From Vicinamibacteria bacterium (lineage in GTDB: Bacteria; Acidobacteriota; Vicinamibacteria; Marinacidobacterales; Marinacidobacteraceae), in assembly GCA_963555995.3 (NCBI GenBank), contig OY821641.1, positions 1,120,001 to 1,184,000 of the forward strand: a DNA stretch of 64,000 nucleotides. The letters are read 5' to 3'. Under the pieces are notes generated by a model. The model saw only the letters and a list, made by a program, of their open reading frames with translations. It searched no databases and was not told the origin of the DNA. Positions 28,932-37,561 of this stretch are shown in pieces. How positions within the stretch are numbered: position 1 is the first letter of the stretch; the number at the start of each line of letters is the position of its first letter. The translations under genes were made by a program, and so were the position numbers.

Positions 28932-29267
28932 TCAGCCGAACATCGAGGACGGGGGCGGCGAGTTCGACGCGGCGACGGCCTCCGGGCTGGGGACCTCGAC
29001 CTCGCCGAGGTCCCCCCAGCCTCGCCGGTGGAGTCGCTGGCGCTCCGCCGCCGTGCCCCCCGCCGCTGCCCAGACGGACGCCGCGAAGGTCCCGATGCCG
29101 AGGAACACCACGTTCCCGGCGATCGCGACCACGAGCACACCGAAACCCATCAGCCAGCACCGCCGGTACCAGAGCCAGAGGAAACTCAGGAAGAATCCGG
29201 GCCAGCGCCAGCCGAGCCGGACCACCCGGCGCTGGGCGCCGAGCCCGAAGAGCGCGTATCGCTTCAT
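28932..29267 (-). CDS. Small membrane protein, DUF2628-like
   Basis: GWRWPGFFLSFLWLWYRRCW followed by TM helices and LHRRGW. Confidence 0.65.
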   Translation of the reverse strand: MKRYALFGLGAQRRVVRLGWRWPGFFLSFLWLWYRRCWLMGFGVLVVAIAGNVVFLGIGTFAASVWAAAGGTAAERQRLHRRGWGDLGEVEVPSPEAVAASNSPPPSSMFG

Positions 29268-29333
29268 CCCATTTCATGCTCGCAGAACCGGGTTGGCTCT
29301 GCGATCACCGTTCCCCATCCGGGTCGCCAGCCT

Positions 29334-29939
29334 TCATCCCGGTGATTCGGGCGGTACGGCAAACATATGGAGCCAGGCGATGACCTGCGGCCGCCGGATT
29401 CCGGAGAAGTGAATTGCCCGGGCCAGTTCGTAGAGCGACAGGCGCTCTTCAGAGAGAAGCCCCGCCAGATCCGAGGGGGAGATACAGCCGAGAATGTGGT
29501 ACAGCGTGAAACGCTCACGACGGGAGGGACTGTCCGATCGGAGAATTCGTGCGAGGTCCGGGCCAGTCGGGGGTTCGGGGTATCCCGCCAGGTGCGCGGC
29601 AATGAGGTGGTCGAGCAGAGGGTGGTCGTCGGGTGCCGGACCCAAGGGTTTGCGGGCGGCGGGCCACGAGAACCACGGCAGCGGCAACGGCGTCCAGGGT
29701 CCGGCGTACTCCGGCCGCGAGTGGAAGTGGGAGACGCGCAGCGGCTTGCCCGGACCCCCGATGAGGGAGCCGTGTTCGCCAAGACCCTCGACACGCGGGT
29801 CGCCACCGGCGGCAAGGCAGGCGCTGACGGCTCGTCGTTCGTGCAGGGCGATGTGTTCTTCGCGGGTGAGGATGTGGTCGGGCGGGTCGTTCGCGGGCGG
29901 GTTGAAGTACGCGTGCCGGACTCTGTCGAAATCAATCAC
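29334..29939 (-). CDS. Hypothetical protein
   Basis: 201-aa ORF co-oriented with the RM cluster with protein-like composition; no family recognised. Confidence 0.6.
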   Translation of the reverse strand: MIDFDRVRHAYFNPPANDPPDHILTREEHIALHERRAVSACLAAGGDPRVEGLGEHGSLIGGPGKPLRVSHFHSRPEYAGPWTPLPLPWFSWPAARKPLGPAPDDHPLLDHLIAAHLAGYPEPPTGPDLARILRSDSPSRRERFTLYHILGCISPSDLAGLLSEERLSLYELARAIHFSGIRRPQVIAWLHMFAVPPESPG

Positions 29940-30062
29940 GATCAGTGTCCCCGCTTCGTGCCGCGCTCCTGTTCCAGCATCGCGCGGACCGCGAATACGG
30001 CCTGCCGGGCCGCGTCCGGGTGTGTCGGTTCGACGACGGGCTCCGGGTGCGTGGGCTGCCGG

Positions 30063-30299
30063 TCAATCGCCCTGGCGTTCCGCCGCCCGCGCCGCCGCGG
30101 CCCTTCGGGCGGCCTCGAGGGGTTCAATGCTGCGGTCCTTCATCGCGGCAAGTTCGGGATGCGTTGGCCGCCGGGCGCGCAGCCACTGGACGAATTCCTC
30201 CGCCGACATGTGCTTCGTCTCCTCGTGGATCCGGGCGCGGGCTTCACGCACGAAGCGAATGCAGTCGAAGTTCTCGGTGGCGGGAGCAGTCATGGTCAC
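30063..30299 (-). CDS. Small PIN-associated protein, paralog 2
   Basis: ENFDCIRFVREARARIHEETKHMSAEE; start overlaps the stop of paralog 1. Confidence 0.75.
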   Translation of the reverse strand: MTMTAPATENFDCIRFVREARARIHEETKHMSAEEFVQWLRARRPTHPELAAMKDRSIEPLEAARRAAAARAAERQGD

Positions 30300-30508
30300 C
30301 TGGGGCTCTCGCCGGTGCGGCTTGCCGAGCGCTTCGCGCGGCTGGCGAACCGGCGCAGGATCGGATCCGAGTACTCGCGGGAGTTGAACCAGCGGCGCAA
30401 CTCCTCCCCGGACATTCCGGCGATTTCGGCGCTGATTCCGTCCCGGATCTTCCGCACGCTCGCCACGCAGTCGAAGTCCTTTGGCTTCCTTTCCGGGTCA
30501 TTCGTCAT
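30296..30508 (-). CDS. Small PIN-associated protein, paralog 1 (putative antitoxin)
   Basis: KDFDCVASVRKIRDGISAEIAGMSGEE; overlaps the end of hsdM-PIN. Confidence 0.8.
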   Translation of the reverse strand: MTNDPERKPKDFDCVASVRKIRDGISAEIAGMSGEELRRWFNSREYSDPILRRFASRAKRSASRTGESPR

Positions 30509-32945
30509 CGGGTAGCTCCCACGGAGACTGGATCGTAACCGGCCGGTACCCCATCTCGCGGTTCACCGCGTCGAAGATCGGGATGCGCCGCCGGTTGACG
30601 ATGTGCTGGAAGTTCCAGCTCACCAGCACATCCGCCCCCGAGACGGTGGCGAGGGCGATGTGGAGGGCGTCGGCGTACATCCGGTCGGTAAGCGCGCCGC
30701 GGTCAATGTATTGGCGGGCGAGGCCCCGCGCGGTCTCGGCGTCTTCAAGCAACTCGGTGTTCGCTGGAGGCACCGCATCAAGCGCCTCCCGCACCCGGGC
30801 GGGCGCCTTCTTGAGTTCCTCGAGCAGGACCGGCGAGAGGAGGAGCGTCACTTCCCCCTGGGCGCACCGCTCCAGCAGCCGGCGTGACGCCTTCTGGAAC
30901 TTTGCTTCCTCGCAGCCGCCGATCACCGACGTGTCCACGTAGATGCGGCGCTTCCCGTAGGGGGCGCGCGGTTCGGCCACCATCAGGCCGTCGAGGAGCC
31001 CCTCGGTCTGCCGTTCGAGCGCCAGGATGTCGGCCCCGATCTCCGCGAGCGTCCGCATCGGCTGCGGCTTGTAGAAGGTGCGGTTGAAGCTGATCTCGTA
31101 GCCGACCTTCACCGCCTCGGGCCGGTACCAGGCGTCCGGGGCGTAGGGCAGCACCTCGCGCCGGAGGAACGCTTCGATGCCGCCCTCCTCCAGCAGCGGG
31201 ATCTGCTCCGTGTCGCGGAGGTCGGTGTCCGGCTCGTACTCCACCACCGCCCGCCGGCCGCCCACGGTCGCTTCGAAGCGGCCCCGCAGCGGGTCGGGTT
31301 CCGTCCCCCGCCCCAGGACCTTGCGGATGACCGCCGGCGCGTTCTCGCCGCGCTCGCCGTCCTCCTTCAGGCGCTTGATCTCGGCGGCCTTGTAGGCGCG
31401 GCCCGGGTCCGCGCCCTCGATGCGAAGCGGGCGCTCGACCGTCACCTTCCAGTAGCCGAAGGCGGCGTTGTCGAAGATCCGGCTCTCGGCGGTCTCCTCG
31501 AAGGCGAGGAAGGCGTCGCAGATGCGGGCGATGTCCGCTTCCGCGAGCTCGCGGTTCTTCTTGCCCAGGTTCTTGCGGAGCGGCCGGAACCAGCCGGTGG
31601 CGTCCAGCAACTGCACCTTGCCCCGGCGGTGCTCCGGCTTGCGGTTCGTGCAGACCCACACGTAGGTCGCGATTCCGGTGTTGTAGAAGAGGTTCAGCGG
31701 GAGGGCGACGATGGCTTCCAGCCAGTCGTTCTCGATGATCCAGCGCCGGATGTTGCTCTCGCCCTGGCCGGCGTCGCCGGTGAAGAGCGAGCTGCCGTTG
31801 TGGACCTCGGCGATCCGGCTTCCGAGCGGGGTGTGCTCCTTCATCTTGGAGAGCTTGTTGACGAGGAACAGGAGCTGGCCGTCGCTCGAACGGGTGACGA
31901 GCGAGAACTCGGGATCGCCCGCGTGTTCGATGACGAAACGGGCGTCCCGCATGTCCTTCTTCCCGCCCATCCGTTCGAGGTCCGTCTTCCAGCTCTTGCC
32001 GTAGGGCGGGTTCGAGAGCATGAAGTCGAACTCGCGGGCGCCGAAGGCGTCGTTCGCGAGGGTGGAGTGCGCGGGGCCGCCCACGATGTTGTCGGCGGCG
32101 GCGCCCTCGCCCTTGAGCAGCAGGTCCGCCTTGCAGATGGCGTAGGTCTCCGCGTTGATCTCCTGGCCGAAGAGGTGGGTGGAGACCTGCTTTCCGCGCG
32201 CGGCGGCGAGCTCGTGCAGGGTCTCTTCCCCGACCGTCAGCATCCCCCCGGTGCCGCAGGCGCCGTCGTAGAGCAGGTAGGTGCCCGAAGCGATCCGGTC
32301 GGCGACGGGGAGGAACACGAGCTTCGCCATCAGCCTGACGGCGTCGCGCGGGGTCCAGTGCTCTCCCGCCTCCTCGTTGTTCTCCTCGTTGAAGCGGCGC
32401 ACCAGCTCCTCGAAGATGGACCCCATCCCGTGGTTGTCGAGGCCGGGATGCCGGAGGGAGCCGTCGCCGTTCCGCACCGGGTCGGGACCCAGGTTGATGT
32501 CCGGCGAGGTCAGCTTCTCGATCAGCCCGCCCAGCGCGTCGCCGTCCGAGAGCCGGGGGATCTGGTTGCGGAACTCGAAGTTGTCGAGGATGTCCTGGAC
32601 GTTCGGCGAGAACCCGTCGAGGTACGCCACGAAGTCGGCGCGGAGCCGCTGGCGGCTGGCGCGCGCCTTCAGGTCGCGCAGGGTGAACCGGGACGTGTTG
32701 TAGAACGCCTGGCCGGCCGCCTGGCGGAGGGCCGGGTCCTGTTCGACGACCCCGACGGCGTCGAGCGACGCTTTCCGGTCGAGCACGGCCTGCTTCGTGT
32801 CCTCCAGCACGGCGTCCAGCCGGCGGAGGACCGTTATCGGGAGGATCACGTCGCGGTACTTGCCCCGGACGTAGAGGTCGCGGAGGACGTCGTCGGCGAT
32901 GCCCCAGATGTAGTTCGCGATCCAGTGCAGGTCGGCGCTCGTCAT
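30498..32945 (-). CDS. hsdM: Type I R-M methyltransferase subunit fused to a C-terminal PIN domain
   Basis: IWGIADDVLR, GEHWTPRD, DGACGTGGM, NPPY, LFYNTGI, GYEISFN; then IYVDTSV..LEEL..ADALHIALA..DVLVSWNFQHIVN (PIN). Confidence 0.95.
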   Translation of the reverse strand: MTSADLHWIANYIWGIADDVLRDLYVRGKYRDVILPITVLRRLDAVLEDTKQAVLDRKASLDAVGVVEQDPALRQAAGQAFYNTSRFTLRDLKARASRQRLRADFVAYLDGFSPNVQDILDNFEFRNQIPRLSDGDALGGLIEKLTSPDINLGPDPVRNGDGSLRHPGLDNHGMGSIFEELVRRFNEENNEEAGEHWTPRDAVRLMAKLVFLPVADRIASGTYLLYDGACGTGGMLTVGEETLHELAAARGKQVSTHLFGQEINAETYAICKADLLLKGEGAAADNIVGGPAHSTLANDAFGAREFDFMLSNPPYGKSWKTDLERMGGKKDMRDARFVIEHAGDPEFSLVTRSSDGQLLFLVNKLSKMKEHTPLGSRIAEVHNGSSLFTGDAGQGESNIRRWIIENDWLEAIVALPLNLFYNTGIATYVWVCTNRKPEHRRGKVQLLDATGWFRPLRKNLGKKNRELAEADIARICDAFLAFEETAESRIFDNAAFGYWKVTVERPLRIEGADPGRAYKAAEIKRLKEDGERGENAPAVIRKVLGRGTEPDPLRGRFEATVGGRRAVVEYEPDTDLRDTEQIPLLEEGGIEAFLRREVLPYAPDAWYRPEAVKVGYEISFNRTFYKPQPMRTLAEIGADILALERQTEGLLDGLMVAEPRAPYGKRRIYVDTSVIGGCEEAKFQKASRRLLERCAQGEVTLLLSPVLLEELKKAPARVREALDAVPPANTELLEDAETARGLARQYIDRGALTDRMYADALHIALATVSGADVLVSWNFQHIVNRRRIPIFDAVNREMGYRPVTIQSPWELPDDE

Positions 32946-33034
32946 TCGGTTGCTGGTCGGGGGAAGTCGGCGGCGGGAGGGTACCCGTCAGCTTGCACAC
33001 GCGGGCGTTTCGCGATTCCGCCCGCCTCTCGGCG

Positions 33035-33552
33035 GGCGATGCCGGCCGGGGGCCGGTGCTCCACTGCCGTCGCGCTGGACGCGGGTCGTCGTTGCGCCTT
33101 TCGCCTCGTTACGCGCCCCCACCGGGAGAAACCGTCATGTTCGGTCCTCCTGCACACCCCGCCGGGCAGGACAGTGCGGGCCGGGACGTTGAGGCCCGGG
33201 GTGGCAGGGACCGTTTGGAACGCCGGCTTCAGCCGGCACCGCCCGCCGCGGGCGGGCGGCGAGACGGACCTCATGCGCCGGGATGGCTCGGCTGCGAGCG
33301 CCCATGCACCCGGGGTAGCGACGAACCGCCTGCGGCCGTGCGGGCCGCTGTGCCGGCTGAAGCCGGCGTTCCAAGCCGTACGTGCCGTCAGCACGGATTC
33401 GTGGTGCGCGATTTCGCCGCGCTTTGCGCAGCGGTGCCGGCTAAAGCCGGCGTTCCAGGCTGGCGGCGCCGTCACGGCTGTTGGCCACCCCCGCAGGACT
33501 GCACCTTCACAGCAACTGGGGCGATGCCGGCCGGAGGCCGGCGCTCCGAACC
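33035..33552. repeat. Composite REP cluster (family 1)
   Basis: Several GGAACGCCGGCTTCAGCCGGCAC-type units and a GACTGCACCTTCACAGCAA end motif. Confidence 0.8.
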
Positions 33553-33564
33553 GTTCGAGCAGTT

Positions 33565-35211
33565 CTACCTTCTGACGATGTGCGGCAGCAGCGTCTCCCG
33601 GTCGAGGTCCGCGCGGCGGGCGATCCGGGGGGTGATCGTCAGGATGATGTCGGACTCCGTCAGGTTGTCGGAGTTCTGGCCGAACAGCCGGCCGATCACC
33701 GGCACGTCGGCGATTCCGGGAAGCCCGCTGAGGCTGGTCCGCTCTTCCTGGCGGATGAGGCCCGCGATCATGCTGGTCTCGCCGTTCCGGAGGCGCAGGG
33801 TCGTCTCCACGTTGCGGTTGCCGAAGGTCGGGAGTCCCGAGTAGCCGGTGCCGGACACGTTGTCGAGCCGCACCTTGAGGTCGAGCGTCACGCTGTCGTC
33901 GTGATGGATCCGGGGCGTGACCTCGATGCTGACGCCCACGACTTCGTACTCGAAGGTCGTGGTGGGCTGCTGCGCCAGGCCGCCGGTGGCGATGGGGGCG
34001 AAGGTGGTCACCGGGACCGGGACCCGCTCGCCGAAGTCGGCGAGCGCGGGCTTGCCGTCCGACGCCCGGAGCTGCGGGTTGGCGAGCACGTGGGTGTCGG
34101 TGTCCGAGCGGACCAGGTTCAGGATGGCGCCGGGGAGCCCCGCGACCTGGAGGCTGTCCCGGTCGTAGGGATTCTGGAGCACGGTGTCGAGGCGCGGGGT
34201 GAGCGCCACCGAGATGCCGTCGGTTCCGGCCGAAAGCAGGGGGATGCCGTACTGCTCGAGGTGGGTCCGGTTCACCTCCATGAGCTCGACGTCCACGATC
34301 ACCTCGCCGGGACTCCGGTCGAGCGCCTCGATGATGCGCTGCGCCGAGCGGACCTGTTCCCAGGTGTCCACCAGCGTGATCGAGTTCGTCCCCGCGTGCT
34401 GGGCGACCTGGCGGAGCCCCAGCACGATGCGCAGCGTGTCCGTGGTCTGCGTGAGGTCCGCCGAGGAGAGGTAGAAGGTCTGCGCGACCTGCTGTTCGTA
34501 CTGGAGCCGCTTGTTCTGGGTGTCCGGGACGATGGTGATGAGGTGGGGCGACTCGACCCGGAAGAAGTGTCCGGTGGTCTCGGTGAGGCTGCGGATGGCG
34601 TCCTCGAAGGTGGAGTCCTCCGCCTCGATGGAGACCGTCCGGTCCGCGAAGTCCTCGTCGAAGGCGACGTTGACCCCGGCGATCTCGCCCAGCGTCAGCA
34701 GGACGTAGCGAAGGCTCGCGTCCCGGAAGACGAAGCTCGCTGGCGCGCGGGCGTCCTCCGGCACGTCGAGGCCGAGGGGCCGCGTCAGGGCCTCCTCCTT
34801 GAGCTCGGCGAGGGTCAGCGCGCGCGCTTCCTCGGCCTGGTCCCGGACCGCCTCCTGGATGACCGCGAGGCGCTCCTGGTAGGAGGTCTCCTCGGGCGCC
34901 AGGATGATGGCCGCCCGGAGGGCGTCCTCCGCCGCGCCGTAGTCCTTCAGGGCCGCGAGGCGCTCCGCCTCCTTCGCCTGCCCCTCGGCCGCCCGCAGCT
35001 TGGCGCGGGTCAGCGAGAGCCGGGCCGCCGCATCGGAGGGGTCCTCGGCCACCGCCCGGGCGTAGTGGACCACCGCGTCGTCGTAGCGGCCCATCCGTTC
35101 CGCCGTCTCGCCCGCCGTGAAGTGACGGCTCGTGGCGCAGCCGGCGAGGCCGGCGGCGAGGAGGAGCGCCGCGACGGGGAAGCCTCGCGGGTTCCCTCCG
35201 GGGAACGTCAT
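33565..35211 (-). CDS. Lipoprotein secretin with N-terminal TPR (GspD/PulD-like)
   Basis: Lipobox LAGC, TPR helices, N domains, secretin core (VLANPQL, GERVPV, VGVSIEVTP, LRNGETSMIAGLI, GLPGIADVPVIGRLF, ITPRI). Confidence 0.9.
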   Translation of the reverse strand: MTFPGGNPRGFPVAALLLAAGLAGCATSRHFTAGETAERMGRYDDAVVHYARAVAEDPSDAAARLSLTRAKLRAAEGQAKEAERLAALKDYGAAEDALRAAIILAPEETSYQERLAVIQEAVRDQAEEARALTLAELKEEALTRPLGLDVPEDARAPASFVFRDASLRYVLLTLGEIAGVNVAFDEDFADRTVSIEAEDSTFEDAIRSLTETTGHFFRVESPHLITIVPDTQNKRLQYEQQVAQTFYLSSADLTQTTDTLRIVLGLRQVAQHAGTNSITLVDTWEQVRSAQRIIEALDRSPGEVIVDVELMEVNRTHLEQYGIPLLSAGTDGISVALTPRLDTVLQNPYDRDSLQVAGLPGAILNLVRSDTDTHVLANPQLRASDGKPALADFGERVPVPVTTFAPIATGGLAQQPTTTFEYEVVGVSIEVTPRIHHDDSVTLDLKVRLDNVSGTGYSGLPTFGNRNVETTLRLRNGETSMIAGLIRQEERTSLSGLPGIADVPVIGRLFGQNSDNLTESDIILTITPRIARRADLDRETLLPHIVRR

Positions 35212-35939
35212 GGGCGGAGGTCCGATGCGGTCACCACGTCCGTCCCCGGTGGGATCGTGAAGGTGAACAGCGAGTCGTCGGGGGAGGTTCCGAACCGGAA
35301 GTCGGTGAAGCGGAACGTCGTCCGGTTCCCTTCCGGGTCTTCCGACTCGATCCCCTGGATCAGGCCGCTCTCGGCGTGGACCGTGAGCGACAGCGAGGTG
35401 ATTTCCCCGTTCGTCCGCCGCGGGACGAGCGCCACCGCGCGCAGGCCGGGGCCCGGCGGCTCGCTCCCGAGCAGCGCGTCGAAGTGATCGAGGATGGTGG
35501 CGTCCCCGGTCAGGAATTCGAGGGGGTTCAGTCCTCCGGCTTCCCCGTCGTTCCCCTGGCCGTCGCTGCCGAAGGCGCCCACCACGACCTGCTGGTCGGC
35601 GGGTACGTGGAACCAGGTGCTCTGCCCGTCGCTGACGAAGACCTTCGGCTCGGGCGCCTCGTAGTCCCAGCGCATCCGGGCCGGCCGCTTGACCGTCAAC
35701 CGCCCAGTCTCCACCCGGTCGCGCCCGAAGATGCGCGGGGAGAACCGCTGCTCGAAGCGCGCTTCGAAGTGGGGCAGGGACTGGTGGTACGCCTCGACGC
35801 GTTCGATGAGGGCCGCCGCTTCCGGGTCGGGCGCGGGTCGCCAAGACGGCGCGTTTCCCGGTCCGGCCGACGCCAACACGGCCAGACCGAACAGGACGAC
35901 AGCGAGGGGGAGGATCCGCAACCAAACGGTTCGTCGCAT
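35208..35939 (-). CDS. lolA: Outer-membrane lipoprotein carrier LolA family
   Basis: Signal peptide; ARFEQ, GRLTVKRPARMRWDYEAP..VSDG, D.EGNRTTFRF, FTFTIPPGTDVV. Confidence 0.9.
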   Translation of the reverse strand: MRRTVWLRILPLAVVLFGLAVLASAGPGNAPSWRPAPDPEAAALIERVEAYHQSLPHFEARFEQRFSPRIFGRDRVETGRLTVKRPARMRWDYEAPEPKVFVSDGQSTWFHVPADQQVVVGAFGSDGQGNDGEAGGLNPLEFLTGDATILDHFDALLGSEPPGPGLRAVALVPRRTNGEITSLSLTVHAESGLIQGIESEDPEGNRTTFRFTDFRFGTSPDDSLFTFTIPPGTDVVTASDLRP

Positions 35940-35957
35940 GTTGGACTTCCCTCCCGG

Positions 35958-36033
35958 TGGTGGACGGCACGGGGATCGAACCCGTGACCTCGGCATTGCG
36001 AACGCCGCGCTCTCCCAGCTGAGCTAGCCGCCC
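35958..36033 (-). tRNA. tRNA-Ala(CGC)
   Basis: GGGCGGC TAGCTCAGCTGGGAGAGC GCGGCG TTCGCAA TGCCG AGGTC ACGGG TTCGATC CCCGT GCCGTCC ACCA; G3:U70 identity pair, encoded CCA. Confidence 0.97.
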
Positions 36034-36112
36034 CCGGTGGATGGATTTTCTTCAAGTATAACTTGACGCTGAGGCGCTGCTGTCCACACACGGCGCGGCG
36101 CGCATGTCCGCC

Positions 36113-36440
36113 GGGTTTGCTGTGAAAGTGCAGTCTGGGCGAAGGGTCAACCAGCGTGGGCTGCGCCGCCTGCTGGGAGCGCCGGTCTTCAGACCGGCAC
36201 GCGCTGCACGACAGCGCAGCGCACGGCACGACGCGGGCCGGCGCGGTGGCGCTCTGCTCGCGGTTCATCACCGCAAGCAGCGACACGACATCCGCGGGCC
36301 TTCGGCCCGCTGTGCCGCTCTGAAGAGCGGCGCTCCCAGCCGTCTTCGCTGTTTCATGCCCGACGGGGTGTGCAGGAGGACCGATCATGCCTGTTTCGCG
36401 TTCCCGCGCGTGCCGGTCTGGAGACCGGCGTTCCAGGCCG
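36113..36440. repeat. REP composite, near-identical inverted copy of ~26880-27172
   Basis: About 290 bp match the reverse complement of the 26.9-27.2 kb element with only a few differences. Confidence 0.88.
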
Positions 36441-36460
36441 GCGCGCGATCCGGGCTGCGG

Positions 36461-37561
36461 TTAGCCGGAGGTCTGGGGCTCCGGACGGATCGCCGCCTGG
36501 CGCAGGGCGTGGTCGGCGAGGACGAGGCAGGCCATGGCTTCCACGATGGGGACGGCGCGGGGGAGGACGCACGGGTCGTGGCGGCCCCTGGCTTCGAGGG
36601 TGACTTCCTTGCCCTCGGAGTCCACGGTCCGCTGGGCCTTCCCGATGGTCGAGGTCGGCTTGAACGCCACCCGGAAGACGATCGGCATCCCGGTCGAGAT
36701 GCCGCCGAGCACGCCGCCCGCGCGGTTCGTCTCGGTCGTCGTCGCTCCGTCCTTCATCACGAAGCGGTCATTGTGCTCGCTTCCGAAGAGGCGGGTGCCG
36801 GCGAACCCGGAGCCGATCTCGAAGCCCTTGCTGGCGTTGATCGCCAGCATGGCCTTCGCGAGGTCGCTCTCCAGCTTGTCGAAGACCGGTTCCCCGAGCC
36901 CGGGAGGGACGCCGCGCACGGAACACTCGACGACCCCGCCGAGCGAGTCGCGGGCGTCCCGCGTCCGCTCGATGAGCTCCACCATGCGGGCAGCGGCCTC
37001 GGGGTCCGGACAGCGGACCGGCGTCTCCTCCACCGCGGCGCGGGTCACGGTCTCCGGAGCCACGTCGGCCTCGATGTCCTTGGTCCGCTTCACGTACGCG
37101 GTGCACTCGACCCCGAAGCGCTCCTCGAGGAACCGCCGGGCGACCGCGCCCGCGGCGACGTGTCCCACCGTGACGCGGGCCGAGGAGCGGCCGCCGCCGC
37201 TCGGGTCGCGGATCCCGTACTTCGCCTCGAACGTGTAATCGGCGTGACTCGGCCGATAGACGGTCTTGAGCGCCTCGTAGTCGCTGGGCCGGGCGTCCTC
37301 GTTGCGGACCACCATCGCGATGGGGTGACCGGTCGTCCGGCCGGCGATCACTCCCGACTCGATGGCCACCCGGTCCGCCTCCCGGCGCGGGGTGGTGAGC
37401 CCGCTCTGGCCGGGACGCCGGCGGTCGAGCTCCGCCTGCACGTCGCCTTCGGCGAGCGGGATGCGCGGCGGGCAGCCGTCCACCACCACCCCGATGGCGG
37501 GGCCGTGCGACTCGCCCCAGGTCGTCACCCGGAAGGCCTGGCCGAGCGAGCTACCGGGCAT
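36461..37561 (-). CDS. aroC: Chorismate synthase
   Basis: [35 protein letters not shown]. Confidence 0.98.
   Translation of the reverse strand: MPGSSLGQAFRVTTWGESHGPAIGVVVDGCPPRIPLAEGDVQAELDRRRPGQSGLTTPRREADRVAIESGVIAGRTTGHPIAMVVRNEDARPSDYEALKTVYRPSHADYTFEAKYGIRDPSGGGRSSARVTVGHVAAGAVARRFLEERFGVECTAYVKRTKDIEADVAPETVTRAAVEETPVRCPDPEAAARMVELIERTRDARDSLGGVVECSVRGVPPGLGEPVFDKLESDLAKAMLAINASKGFEIGSGFAGTRLFGSEHNDRFVMKDGATTTETNRAGGVLGGISTGMPIVFRVAFKPTSTIGKAQRTVDSEGKEVTLEARGRHDPCVLPRAVPIVEAMACLVLADHALRQAAIRPEPQTSG

Noticed and set aside
29942-30127. 61-aa ORF with repeated PTHP
   Set aside because: Overlaps the 30063..30299 ORF, has no convincing start, and may be a remnant
35958-36033. tRNA-Ala as the attachment site of the R-M island
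   Set aside because: No integrase, no duplicated tRNA 3' end seen, and lolA plus the secretin lie between the tRNA and the island
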